Positions 45,487 through 55,437 of a stretch of 64,000 nt of DNA are shown here, one piece after another. How positions within the stretch are numbered: the stretch's first letter is position 1; each line of letters opens with the position of its first letter. A program made the translations under genes and the position numbers. This stretch comes from a virus. Taxonomy: Duplodnaviria > Heunggongvirae > Uroviricota > Caudoviricetes. The stretch spans positions 41,441-105,440 of IMG/VR virus record IMGVR_UViG_3300037245_003487. One strand, 5' to 3'. The notes under the pieces were generated by a model. It made no database searches. It saw only the letters and a list, made by a program, of their open reading frames with translations, and was not told the DNA's origin.

Positions 45487-45730
45487 TCTTTTCCTCTTGC
45501 TTATTTATTTTATCAATTTTCTCTTTAGTTTCTTTAACTATTTTATTTTTTTTCTTAACTATTTTCTTAGCTTTCCCAGTGAGATTATTACCACCGCTAG
45601 TTAATAAGCCAGCTCCTAGTATTAATCCAGCTACTTTATAAGCGCCTAATGCTATTAGTATTGTAATTGTAATTATAGCTATTGCTAATATTATTATAGT
45701 TATTTTGTGTTTTTTTATAAATTTCAACAT
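45413..45730 (-). CDS. N-terminal TM protein with Lys-rich coiled tail (holin or i-spanin-like)
   Basis: Two hydrophobic segments then KKKNKIVKETKEKIDKINKQEEK. Confidence 0.35.
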   Translation of the reverse strand: MLKFIKKHKITIIILAIAIITITILIALGAYKVAGLILGAGLLTSGGNNLTGKAKKIVKKKNKIVKETKEKIDKINKQEEKIDETINNMDAADIFNSINANHKRK

Positions 45731-45731
45731 A

Positions 45732-45941
45732 TCAATCTCCTTTGAAATATTTAGACATAGCCCATTTTTCCAAGATCACTCCTCCGATAAATGTTACGCT
45801 ATTTAGCATTATCATTACTACTAAAGGTACACCAATTATATTTAATAATGTAGGTGATGTTATTAAAGTAATAAAATATATAGCAATGTAAATAAGCATA
45901 GTTGTAAAAAAACCTATAACTTTTCTGCTTTTAAAATTCAT
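45732..45941 (-). CDS. two-TM small protein (holin candidate)
   Basis: 69 aa, 2-3 TM helices directly upstream of M23 peptidase. Confidence 0.4.
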   Translation of the reverse strand: MNFKSRKVIGFFTTMLIYIAIYFITLITSPTLLNIIGVPLVVMIMLNSVTFIGGVILEKWAMSKYFKGD

Positions 45942-45950
45942 ATTTTCTCC

Positions 45951-46436
45951 TTAAATGTATATATCACTGTTCTTGCAATAATTAAAAAGCTGCATAGGAT
46001 CAAAATAGATCCTCGGCTTCCTTTCTTTAGCCACATAAGAATTCATATTATGCTTCAGTGATTTGATGAATTTCTTATCTAATTGATAGGTGAAAATTTC
46101 ATAGTGGGCGTGAATTCCTGTGCTGTTACCTGAGCTACCTGCAATACCAACTATGTCATCAGGTCTTAAAAACATATTTCTCTGTAACCAATTTGGCTTT
46201 TCTTGTAAATGAAATATATTAATATAAAACATAACTTCATTTAGTTTCGTTTTCAATTGCACGAAAAAACCTTCTCGCTCACCTTCTGAAATTCTATTCA
46301 CCAGCGATGAAAACCCTGCCCACACGTGTAATTTATCATCAAATCCATAATCTACACCAACGTGGTATTCTGACTCACCACGAAGCTCTCTGAGTCCAAA
46401 TGGAGATGTTATTCGTAGATCCTTATATTTATTCAT
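45951..46436 (-). CDS. M23 family peptidase (endolysin candidate)
   Basis: HVGVDYG ... GSSGNSTGIHAHYEI (HxxxD / HxH). Confidence 0.65.
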   Translation of the reverse strand: MNKYKDLRITSPFGLRELRGESEYHVGVDYGFDDKLHVWAGFSSLVNRISEGEREGFFVQLKTKLNEVMFYINIFHLQEKPNWLQRNMFLRPDDIVGIAGSSGNSTGIHAHYEIFTYQLDKKFIKSLKHNMNSYVAKERKPRIYFDPMQLFNYCKNSDIYI

Positions 46437-47088
46437 TACCTTTCATTCCATTTAATACTTTTTTCAATTCACTTATTTCATTGTCATATTCTACACTAAC
46501 ACTTTTAATTCCATCAAATATATAAGATAAATGCTTATCGAAAATAAATTTAGTTTCATTTTTTATATCATCACAAACTTTTTCATATGAAACACCAAAA
46601 ATATCTCCATCATATATTTTTCTACCATATTCAATGACACTAGTTAATATATATTTTATCTTATCAGAGCGATAATTATTCCAATGCATACCTGTTTTAC
46701 TACTTAATGAATTATTGTATATTGCTACAACAATAAGCTCGTATGTGAATGCTTTAAGCTCATTAAGATAACTCTTTAGGAGACGACCGATCATTGAATT
46801 TGAATCAACTTCTAGTGCATTACAGTGCAAATTAAATAACTCCGCATATAATATATCTTGCTCTTCTCTCGCAAGCCTCTTTTCCTCTTTTATCTTTTCA
46901 TGTTTTAATTCTGCTATTCTAGCTGCAGTCCTCTCTATGCCGTCTTCTTTTAATCTTCTATTATAAGTATCTTTTTTCTTATACATCTTTGTTTGAATGA
47001 AGATCACTATATTTGGTATGCTTATGATTATAGCTGTAACTATACCAACGATTAAACTACTTAAAGCCCTTATATCTCCAAAATTCAT
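46429..47088 (-). CDS. membrane-anchored coiled-coil protein
   Basis: N-terminal TM then Glu/Lys-rich coiled coil. Confidence 0.35.
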   Translation of the reverse strand: MNFGDIRALSSLIVGIVTAIIISIPNIVIFIQTKMYKKKDTYNRRLKEDGIERTAARIAELKHEKIKEEKRLAREEQDILYAELFNLHCNALEVDSNSMIGRLLKSYLNELKAFTYELIVVAIYNNSLSSKTGMHWNNYRSDKIKYILTSVIEYGRKIYDGDIFGVSYEKVCDDIKNETKFIFDKHLSYIFDGIKSVSVEYDNEISELKKVLNGMKGNE

Positions 47089-47154
47089 TATAAATCCTTT
47101 TCCAAAATTGTATTTTTTTAAGCAATTCCTTTCGCTTAGCTTTTTTATTAATTA

Positions 47155-47865
47155 TCATATTATTTTATCTTTTTTTATTAAATTATCATTTTTCCATAAA
47201 GGCTGCATATTAGTATAATGAAAACAAATCTCTTGTTCTTCTGAATTTTTTAATTCAAAGGCGGAACATGGTAAAATATGATCTATGTGCCAACCGTGAT
47301 AACCGTAATTCTCCCAAGTCATGCCTGGTGTAAATAGTGATTCAAGGTGTTTTTTGAAATATTCAACAGAACACCCTAGTAAATTTTCAGTTGTTTTAGA
47401 TTTAGAATTTCCATTTAATACTTTATTTATTCTATTTCTTGAATTATGTAATATTCTATAAGACATATCTGTATTATATCTATTTTTTTTATAAATAAAA
47501 TGATTATAATCTATTCTTTTTTTATTTTCATTATAATATGCTATAAATTTATCTTTATTATTCTTATAATATACTTTTCTTTTTTCCTTTATCTCTTCTT
47601 TATTATCCTCATAATATTTTTTTTTATACTTCTTATTGTACTCTTTATTTTTTTCTTTATTTTTTATACTATATATTCTAGATTTTTCATTAATTTTATC
47701 TCTATTTTTAGCCCTATATTCATTTGCGTATATTTTTTTACATATTTTACATTGAGAAGCAAAGCCATATTTACCGCTTTTTTCTTTTTGAAAATTATTT
47801 AAATTTAATTCTTTTCCACACTTCGTGCAAATTTTTGTTTTATTATTTTCCAAATTTTTTTCCAT
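47155..47865 (-). CDS. HNH endonuclease with N-terminal Zn-ribbon and Lys/Asn-rich repeat region (paralog of 1245-2054)
   Basis: CTKCGK...CKICKK; GMTWENYGYHGWHIDHILPC...CFHYTNMQPLWKNDNLIKKDK. Confidence 0.6.
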   Translation of the reverse strand: MEKNLENNKTKICTKCGKELNLNNFQKEKSGKYGFASQCKICKKIYANEYRAKNRDKINEKSRIYSIKNKEKNKEYNKKYKKKYYEDNKEEIKEKRKVYYKNNKDKFIAYYNENKKRIDYNHFIYKKNRYNTDMSYRILHNSRNRINKVLNGNSKSKTTENLLGCSVEYFKKHLESLFTPGMTWENYGYHGWHIDHILPCSAFELKNSEEQEICFHYTNMQPLWKNDNLIKKDKII

Positions 47866-48101
47866 ATTTTATTATCTTTTTTTCTAGCCGTATTCTTAAT
47901 AACTTCATTTAGTAAATCCCACCCTGAGTAATCTTTACTTTCTCCATAATACTTACTTAAAATTTTAACGATAGCTTCTATATCCCCCTGGTGTTGAGGT
48001 AGATAGTTTAATCCACGTTCCACACCAGTTGAATGAATAATTTCTTCCAGATCTATGATTCTCGCCTTGAGAGATATTAAAAGTTCATTATTGAAATGCA
48101 T
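47805..48101 (-). CDS. hypothetical protein
   Basis: 98-aa ORF. Confidence 0.3.
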   Translation of the reverse strand: MHFNNELLISLKARIIDLEEIIHSTGVERGLNYLPQHQGDIEAIVKILSKYYGESKDYSGWDLLNEVIKNTARKKDNKIWKKIWKIIKQKFARSVEKN

Positions 48102-48109
48102 GTTTTATC

Positions 48110-50287
48110 CTATGTAAAAATATCCCCTGTGGAATAGTTATCTGATATTTGAGTATCACCAGAATCAATCCAATTGTTACTAGCATTTAATGCGGCATCA
48201 CTTGTTAGCGCAGAACCATATGTACAACCATTAAATCCATTGGCTACACCACTAGAAGAGGTAATGCTATCAGCTTCACATGCAGAAAATGTAGAGCAAC
48301 TACTAAACCCCCTAGCGTCTCCACTATCAGCACTTATTGAAAAAGCTTCACTAGCTGATATTTTAGTGCAACTAGCGAATCCATAAACTGTTTGATTTCC
48401 ATTTCCAATTAAGGATTGGGCAAAGCAAGCTGACATTCTTGAGCATCCAGAAAATCCAGTTAATGCATAATTTCCGTTTTGTGTAAAAGTAAAAACACCG
48501 CAGCTAGTCATTCTACCGCAAGAATTAAATGCTATAGCAGTACCTGATGAATGTGTTAAACCAGTAACATAACATCCGCTTATATAAGAACAATTGCTAT
48601 ATATAACCAAGGTATTTGAAGAATCTGATATTACGGTTTTAATTTGCACATTGCTTATGCAATTACTACTATCGACAACCTTTACGATATCGGCTCCGCC
48701 ACCAGAATAGGTAAAATTAGATATAATTCCACCTGAAACATTATCACAATTCGATAAAGCTCTCGTTTCATTGTTTCCAGATCCAGAATTTTCTAAATCA
48801 TCTATAGTAAAGCCTGTAACACAGTCGCAATTTTTAAGTCCATAAAGATCACAAGATACTGTATCTAAATCTGATATTTTTATACTTGAAATATTATTAC
48901 TATCTATTATCCCACATAAATCGCCAGTACCAGAAGTATCTAGTGTTTCTATCCTACAGCTAGAAACTTGAGTACATGCATTCATTCCTTCAACAGTACC
49001 TGCACTATTATGTGATTTATTTAACTGTAATATTAAGCTACTACCGATTTCAGTACATGAATGCATTCCATAAACAGAGCCACCAACTGATTTAACTTCA
49101 AGATCATATATTGATATAGCAGATAATCTTTCTGCATATTGACATCCATATACATCACCGCCTGATGCGCCCTTACCTAATGCAAGTATAATAACAGCTG
49201 ATATATTATAACAAGCGGTTAGACCTGCAGCTGCTCCTTTAATACCATGCACATCACCACTCGTACAGTCAAGATCTTGTATAGATCCAGCTGATATATA
49301 TAAGCTTCCAGTTCCACTAAGACCTCTGATACCAATTGTCCCTGAAACTGAGTCTAGCTCTTTTATTTGAAATGCATTTAAACGGTTACATCTTTCTATT
49401 CCATACGTAAAACTTGCCGTAGAATTAAGTTTTTCAATTATAATTCCTGCTAGATAATTACATGCTAACATTCCTATGCATATACCTGAAGATTCAAGAT
49501 CGTATACTTGACAACTTGACATGTTCCAGCATGATGAAAATCCCGTCATTGTACCATTATTTGTATCGCAATTCTGAATTAAACAACCTAAGTACTTAGT
49601 TGTTCTATTTTGGTCAGATGTACCACCTTGAAATCCTACAAAATTTGTAGTACTATATCTTTGAGTGGTTTTACAATTTTGAAATAATACTTTTTCTGCA
49701 TTTAAACAAAATGATTGAGTTACTGTATTTGTATTAGTTCCAGCACCTCTAACTTCAACATTATAAAGTGCAGCACTTTCAGTGGTTACATCTATATAAC
49801 CTCTCGCATTACCAAAATTAAAATATCCACCTGGCTCTGCAAATATAATTTCGCAATTATTAGTTTGAATATAACCCCATGTTTCAGCGCCTTCTAAAAA
49901 TGATATAGGACCACTACATAGATACCCACCAGTTATGGCAGATATATAAATAGATTTATATTCATCTTTTATTTGATATTCATTTGCGCCACCAGTGGAC
50001 TCAATCATAGCATTAAATTCAGCCTGAGAATTTACAACATAGTCATAAATATCCCTTCTAGCTATTGCCTGAGTCAAACCATCCTTAGTATCGCTTCCTT
50101 GCGATTGTATCGCAATACCTTGTGACTCAACAGCTCTACATATTTCTTCTTGCACATTAGTAAGCCAAGCTGCAGGAACCGTAGTCCCTGGAGGCCCATC
50201 TTTAAATATATTTCTACCTTCTGAATCTGTTGTTTTATTTGCAGCTTCTATTCTTGATGCCATAATTAATCTCCTGCAATTCCCCAT
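48110..50287 (-). CDS. tail fibre / tailspike protein with beta-helix repeats
   Basis: Conserved fibre N-terminus (PAAWLTNVQEEICRAV), then Ser/Gly/Cys/Thr-rich pseudo-repeats (GFSSC..., GFNSC...). Confidence 0.6.
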   Translation of the reverse strand: MGNCRRLIMASRIEAANKTTDSEGRNIFKDGPPGTTVPAAWLTNVQEEICRAVESQGIAIQSQGSDTKDGLTQAIARRDIYDYVVNSQAEFNAMIESTGGANEYQIKDEYKSIYISAITGGYLCSGPISFLEGAETWGYIQTNNCEIIFAEPGGYFNFGNARGYIDVTTESAALYNVEVRGAGTNTNTVTQSFCLNAEKVLFQNCKTTQRYSTTNFVGFQGGTSDQNRTTKYLGCLIQNCDTNNGTMTGFSSCWNMSSCQVYDLESSGICIGMLACNYLAGIIIEKLNSTASFTYGIERCNRLNAFQIKELDSVSGTIGIRGLSGTGSLYISAGSIQDLDCTSGDVHGIKGAAAGLTACYNISAVIILALGKGASGGDVYGCQYAERLSAISIYDLEVKSVGGSVYGMHSCTEIGSSLILQLNKSHNSAGTVEGMNACTQVSSCRIETLDTSGTGDLCGIIDSNNISSIKISDLDTVSCDLYGLKNCDCVTGFTIDDLENSGSGNNETRALSNCDNVSGGIISNFTYSGGGADIVKVVDSSNCISNVQIKTVISDSSNTLVIYSNCSYISGCYVTGLTHSSGTAIAFNSCGRMTSCGVFTFTQNGNYALTGFSGCSRMSACFAQSLIGNGNQTVYGFASCTKISASEAFSISADSGDARGFSSCSTFSACEADSITSSSGVANGFNGCTYGSALTSDAALNASNNWIDSGDTQISDNYSTGDIFT

Positions 50288-50874
50288 CTACCTGGTGAAA
50301 AATACCATTTTCCTGTAACGCTATCAGGTGCGCTCATATCTTGAACTGTAATACCTAACATGTATACACTATCAGCCGCTAATGACCAGTTTATACTACC
50401 TGGACCAGAAGTAATGCTAGCTAAATAAATTGGATTATTGATTGGTATTGAAGCTACTGAGTATAATGAGTGATATACTATACCTTCTAATAATATTTCT
50501 AATGTTGTAGCATTTGATGCTATTGTTGGTTCATTCATTACCAAACCAACTCTGCCGTTCATTGTAGATGTAGTAGCTTCTGCTCTTACCCATTCGCCAT
50601 CTGTTGATTGTTTTACTGGAGCCATCCAGCTTAAATCAGATCCAGCTGTTTGACTATAAAGCTTCCAGCCCTTTCCAGTTTTATCTGTTGTTATGTAATC
50701 AGACTTTGGCTTGTTCCAGAAATCACCTGGATTTACAAATTCTGGTTCCATTATTGTTACTAAAAAATCCCTTATGTCTTGTGCTGAAATTTGCCCAGTG
50801 ACATTATCAGCCATGAGTGTTATCAACGCTGCACGTGTTCTTTGTGTATCGCTCAAAATATTTCTCCTATTCAT
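50266..50874 (-). CDS. tail fibre-associated / baseplate wedge protein
   Basis: Position between gp48-like and fibre genes; 22-nt overlap with fibre gene. Confidence 0.35.
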   Translation of the reverse strand: MNRRNILSDTQRTRAALITLMADNVTGQISAQDIRDFLVTIMEPEFVNPGDFWNKPKSDYITTDKTGKGWKLYSQTAGSDLSWMAPVKQSTDGEWVRAEATTSTMNGRVGLVMNEPTIASNATTLEILLEGIVYHSLYSVASIPINNPIYLASITSGPGSINWSLAADSVYMLGITVQDMSAPDSVTGKWYFSPGRWGIAGD

Positions 50875-50904
50875 GTTTCCATGATTTATTTTTTATTTTT
50901 TCCA

Positions 50905-51711
50905 CTATTGTGGTTTTTTAAATCCTAATCCAAACTCAGAATGCGAACAATGTCCACCTGAATCTCTATCAAATTGTTGTGAAAATGCTTGATGAAAACT
51001 TCCTTTCCAAGCAATTCCATCATAATCTTTATTATTAGCGAATGCATTTGAAAACATTCCATCATAATCTAATTCTTTTTCTTGTAATAATCCCCATGAA
51101 TTATCATAAGAAGGAACTCTACTAAATCCTCTACCAAAAGCATTAGTGAATTCTACATTGTAAAATTGATATAATAAATGAGTATGAGCTGGTTTAAGTT
51201 TTTGAAACTTAGACATTAATCTGCTTATGTTAACTTCATATGGCTCCTCTACAGAAGCTATATCTATATCAACTCTCCAATAAAAGATATTGTTTTGATC
51301 TCCACATGGATCTCCAGCTTGTCCAAATCCAGCCCAAAAAGGTCTAAATTCTGTTACATCAATATCATAACCTAAATTTTCAGCTAATTCTTGAAAATAA
51401 GCCTCATCTTGTTCACCTCTTTTTAACAAAGATAAAGTTAATTCATCTTTTCTTCTATCTATTGTATTCCCTAAAGTCAAGCCTTCTTCTGGTAAATCAA
51501 AATCGGTTTCATGTTCTGTTATAAGTTCACTTGTTGTTGATATAAAACTTTCATCTACTAAATCATCAGTTCTATCATCAAGTCTATTAAATTCTATTGC
51601 CAATCCTTTAAAGAAATTAACAAATAATGTTCCAGACTGTCTTGTCCAATATTTACCTCTTGGCAATAAGGATAATAATAAATTTTTATAATTTTCTGAA
51701 GTTTTTGCCAT
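50905..51711 (-). CDS. Mu gp48-like baseplate protein (DUF2313/YmfQ family)
   Basis: LLSLLPRGKYWTR...LAIEFNRLDDRTDDL pattern and gene order. Confidence 0.55.
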   Translation of the reverse strand: MAKTSENYKNLLLSLLPRGKYWTRQSGTLFVNFFKGLAIEFNRLDDRTDDLVDESFISTTSELITEHETDFDLPEEGLTLGNTIDRRKDELTLSLLKRGEQDEAYFQELAENLGYDIDVTEFRPFWAGFGQAGDPCGDQNNIFYWRVDIDIASVEEPYEVNISRLMSKFQKLKPAHTHLLYQFYNVEFTNAFGRGFSRVPSYDNSWGLLQEKELDYDGMFSNAFANNKDYDGIAWKGSFHQAFSQQFDRDSGGHCSHSEFGLGFKKPQ

Positions 51712-51713
51712 AA

Positions 51714-52817
51714 TTACCCGCTATAATCACTAAAAGTTATGTCACCTAAAACATGTACTCTATTGGTCGCTACAGAAACATCATCCGTAGGTGATAATAT
51801 CCTACATCTTTCCTCTCCTAATGATAAGGAAATAGCTTCATACATTCTTGATAAATATATAGTTTTTCCAGGCCCACCATCATTAAGAAATAAATCCTCT
51901 AATTGAGCTGTTATAGTAGCCTGAACAGCTGTAGTATTTGGGTATATTTCTATCGACATATTAATAGTATCTGCAGATGCATCAATAACAAAAAATCCTG
52001 GCTCCGCAGTTACTGGTATTCCTATTTGTTTACCAGTAATATCATCTGTGTGTTGAACTATCCACGCTCTTAAAGCATCTCTATCAGTTGAATCTGGAAA
52101 AATATTATCCTCTCCATCTCTAACATAAACAAGACCAATTGTTCCAACTCCATAATATTCAGGCAAAGGCCATGCCCTTGTAATTGTTGTAGAATATTCT
52201 AATGCCCAAGCTTCGTAATCAGATTCTGCTCCACCATGTGGTGGTTGTCTTTTTCTTGTTAAAATTCTAGCTCTATAACTATCATTTGATTCTTCATCAA
52301 TTCCGCCTGTAATTCCAACAGAAGAAACTGTTAAAGATGACGTAACCCCTACTATTGGGGATATAAACGTTAATGTCGTACTTCCATTTTCATTATAATC
52401 AGATCCAGATTCATCAGCTTGTATGCTTAATGTAGCTCCACCACTTGCTATAGTTGCTATAGCTGTTGTATTATATATATTACCAGTACTTGATTGTAAT
52501 TGAGTTCCAGCAGCTATTACTATTCCATTAGTACCGCCAACAGTGCCTGTTCCAGATGCCTGTGTACCAAAATCTTTTGATATTCCATATTCTGATCCAT
52601 GTACCTGTAAAGATTCTGCATCTGCTGTTGTTATAAAAATTTGATTTTTAGTATAAGCTAAATAATCATATGTTAAATGAAAAGCTCCAGCTAAAACTTT
52701 TGCTATTATTTTAAAAACAGACCTTCTTAAAAAGTCAGTTGGAGAGCTAATCTCAGCTTTTATATCTGATTCAATTCTATCTTTTATTGTAGCTATCGTA
52801 GGTCTTGTAAAAGGCAT
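51714..52817 (-). CDS. baseplate J-like protein (Mu gp47 / P2 gpJ)
   Basis: PTIATIKDRIESDI...AGAFHLTYDYLAYTKNQIFITTADAESLQVHG. Confidence 0.65.
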   Translation of the reverse strand: MPFTRPTIATIKDRIESDIKAEISSPTDFLRRSVFKIIAKVLAGAFHLTYDYLAYTKNQIFITTADAESLQVHGSEYGISKDFGTQASGTGTVGGTNGIVIAAGTQLQSSTGNIYNTTAIATIASGGATLSIQADESGSDYNENGSTTLTFISPIVGVTSSLTVSSVGITGGIDEESNDSYRARILTRKRQPPHGGAESDYEAWALEYSTTITRAWPLPEYYGVGTIGLVYVRDGEDNIFPDSTDRDALRAWIVQHTDDITGKQIGIPVTAEPGFFVIDASADTINMSIEIYPNTTAVQATITAQLEDLFLNDGGPGKTIYLSRMYEAISLSLGEERCRILSPTDDVSVATNRVHVLGDITFSDYSG

Positions 52818-52818
52818 A

Positions 52819-53289
52819 CTATACTCCTAATTGTGATTCCCATAAATCATTAAATTTAAATACTTCCAATGATTCGTCAAATTTAAAAATTCTTACTTCC
52901 ATATTTAATATATCATTCCCAGGAGTTCCTTCCCTTGTAACGTCTACTTCAATTGTTTGACATACTTCATCATCGACCATCCACTCTAATGCTTCTAATG
53001 CATATTGCTGCGTCAACTCTAGTACTTCATCTGTAGTTTTCATTCTTTCGATAAGCCAAAGTTTAGACCCGATTTTATCTTCTTGAACATCTGATAAGGT
53101 ATCACCCCACCAGCCTCTTTTATCATTAAAGTCATCAATATTATCATAAATATCAGCCCTTCTATTTGTGAATAGACTTATATTTACAGCAGTTTCAAAT
53201 CCTTCTTCTCTGTCAAAATCACCGTTATTTAAAGTGAAATTTCCAGTTCCTGTGTCTTGATCATAACTTAATTTTATATCTTTTGCCAT
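52819..53289 (-). CDS. Mu gp46-like baseplate protein (Phage_GP46)
   Basis: GDFDREEGFETAVNISLFTNRRA...RGWWGD...SKLWLIER. Confidence 0.6.
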   Translation of the reverse strand: MAKDIKLSYDQDTGTGNFTLNNGDFDREEGFETAVNISLFTNRRADIYDNIDDFNDKRGWWGDTLSDVQEDKIGSKLWLIERMKTTDEVLELTQQYALEALEWMVDDEVCQTIEVDVTREGTPGNDILNMEVRIFKFDESLEVFKFNDLWESQLGV

Positions 53290-53660
53290 TATTCTGTATC
53301 CGTTTTTACTTTAGTTTGATTTGCATCTGTAATCTCAACATCAACTGTAAAATTACATACTGTTTGTGCATCTGGCTCTAATCCAATAACATTAATTGTA
53401 ACTTCATCGCCTTCTGTCATAACACTTGAGTTCCAAACCTGACACTTTGTCTTAGATGCAACTGGCATACTACCAGCGCCTGAAGCGCCACTACAAGAAT
53501 CCTTACTTGCTCCTGTAACTGCTATAATAACACCTTGTAAATAAGCACCCTTTCCTTCAGGTTTAAATTTTGTAGAAGGAGAACTCGCAGGAATAGCTGT
53601 TCCATTTTCAGTACAATCCAAAGTCATTCCAACTACTGCTACTAATTTTTGTCCAGCCAT
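53289..53660 (-). CDS. small Gly/Ser/Cys-rich baseplate-associated protein
   Basis: Position between spike and gp46-like genes. Confidence 0.3.
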   Translation of the reverse strand: MAGQKLVAVVGMTLDCTENGTAIPASSPSTKFKPEGKGAYLQGVIIAVTGASKDSCSGASGAGSMPVASKTKCQVWNSSVMTEGDEVTINVIGLEPDAQTVCNFTVDVEITDANQTKVKTDTE

Positions 53661-54247
53661 TATTGTAATACCTCCAAACTAGGCAATGGGCCACTGCCAT
53701 TTATAGTTACTTTAGTTGCTTCCATTGTTATATCATTACCATTTAAATCTTCTAATACCATTCCAGTACTATTCATTGTTATTGTGTTGGTATTTTTATC
53801 TTCAATTATAATTCCATTAGAATCAATTGTTATTAAATTACCATCAAATGTTTTAATCTCAATAGTATTATCAGGTTTAATAGTAATCCTATTACCATTA
53901 CTATCTGTACTATCCTTGCCATATAAACAAACTTCACCTTCATTCAAGTCATTTGGACGAAGATCTCTGTCATGTATTAATATATTTACAGCACTATCTC
54001 TAAATCCAGATATATTTAAATTAATACCTTCTGCATCTATATAAGGATAGGTTTCTAATCCGTAAGGCTGTAATCTTTCTATATCAGTGTTAGCACCATC
54101 ATCACTATCACCACCTAACCCTTGAGTTTGAATTAACTGTGTTTTAGTTGTTTTAGTATTAATATCTTTTAATATTACTCTTGCAACTAAATTACGTATT
54201 CTTCTGCTATATGGTTGTATCATTCTTCCAAAATCACTTAATGTCAT
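53660..54247 (-). CDS. baseplate spike (Mu gp45 / P2 gpV family)
   Basis: MIQPYSRRIRNLVARVI...ERLQPYGLETYP...NEGEVCLYG then repetitive beta-strand C-terminus. Confidence 0.55.
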   Translation of the reverse strand: MTLSDFGRMIQPYSRRIRNLVARVILKDINTKTTKTQLIQTQGLGGDSDDGANTDIERLQPYGLETYPYIDAEGINLNISGFRDSAVNILIHDRDLRPNDLNEGEVCLYGKDSTDSNGNRITIKPDNTIEIKTFDGNLITIDSNGIIIEDKNTNTITMNSTGMVLEDLNGNDITMEATKVTINGSGPLPSLEVLQ

Positions 54248-55437
54248 CTTCCACCCCTAGTTAAAGATCCGCCTCTATTAATAAATCTTGGCATAACTAC
54301 ATTGATTCTTGATGTATTAAACCTAGAAGCGCCTGGTGTTTTTCTTTCAACAACAGAGTCTCCTGCAGTACCATCAGATAATGTATTATATTTATCTATA
54401 TCAATATTTGCAGCATAAGTACTAGGATGAACTAATTTTAATTTAGTTTTAAAACCACTTCCTTGACTATAAGTAAAAACAACTTCTGATATCAATAATG
54501 GTCTAAAAATAAATAAATTATAATCTAATACCATGATCTCTTCATTTATTTTCCAATTAACTTGAGAAATTGGCTTTGTCCATCCTTCAACTACATATTC
54601 TAATGATCTTGAATGACCAGCTCTGTAGTTACGTTCAAATAAAGCTCTTGTCATGCAACTTGCGGCATTTGTTGATCTATCTTCTATTATAACATAAGGC
54701 CTATGCCTTTGAATTTTATCATCATTAAAATGAGCACCTATTTTCATCCAATCTTCTGGTTTGCTTTTTTCATCACCGCCATTGTCCCCGCCTATACAAA
54801 TATATTCACCGAATCTATCAGTATTGCTTTGATTAAATCTAGCCTCTAAAACCATATCTGATGATAATTTACCAACTACAATTTTCGATGGTCCTTTTGT
54901 TATTGTTAAATTTCCATCACCCATTGAAATAGGCATAACGCCAATTTGATGACATACCTTTAAAATGGCTTCTAATATAGTTTCTCCAACCTCTGCGCTA
55001 ACTCCTTTACCTGGAATCTTAGTTTTCATTTCTTTAATTGCTGTTTTATCAATAACTAAATTTATCCCAAATGGAGATATTAGTTTGGTGAACCAAAATT
55101 CTGGAGTTACAGATTTAGCTTCTAAAGTTCTGTCCACATGACAATCAACTATATCACAAAGTTTATCTCTACCAGCAAAATCTATACTCATACTAGTTGC
55201 ATTATATGCGACAGGTATTTTTTCTATGTATCCATTTCCAACTAATTGACCATTAATTAAAGCCAAATATTCATTTTCTAAAAAAACACCTTCTATCAAT
55301 GGGTCTTGAGGATTAAACATCGCAGTTTTTAAAGATATAGATCCACATAAATTATCCATACTTTGAGTTATACGAATGGATTTCCAGTTTGTTAAAACCT
55401 TCCATTTATTAACAATTAAGGTAAATTCATTAATCAT
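54244..55437 (-). CDS. baseplate hub / late-control-D-like protein (Mu gp44 / P2 gpD)
   Basis: Size, position after DNA-circulation protein and before spike. Confidence 0.45.
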   Translation of the reverse strand: MINEFTLIVNKWKVLTNWKSIRITQSMDNLCGSISLKTAMFNPQDPLIEGVFLENEYLALINGQLVGNGYIEKIPVAYNATSMSIDFAGRDKLCDIVDCHVDRTLEAKSVTPEFWFTKLISPFGINLVIDKTAIKEMKTKIPGKGVSAEVGETILEAILKVCHQIGVMPISMGDGNLTITKGPSKIVVGKLSSDMVLEARFNQSNTDRFGEYICIGGDNGGDEKSKPEDWMKIGAHFNDDKIQRHRPYVIIEDRSTNAASCMTRALFERNYRAGHSRSLEYVVEGWTKPISQVNWKINEEIMVLDYNLFIFRPLLISEVVFTYSQGSGFKTKLKLVHPSTYAANIDIDKYNTLSDGTAGDSVVERKTPGASRFNTSRINVVMPRFINRGGSLTRGGR

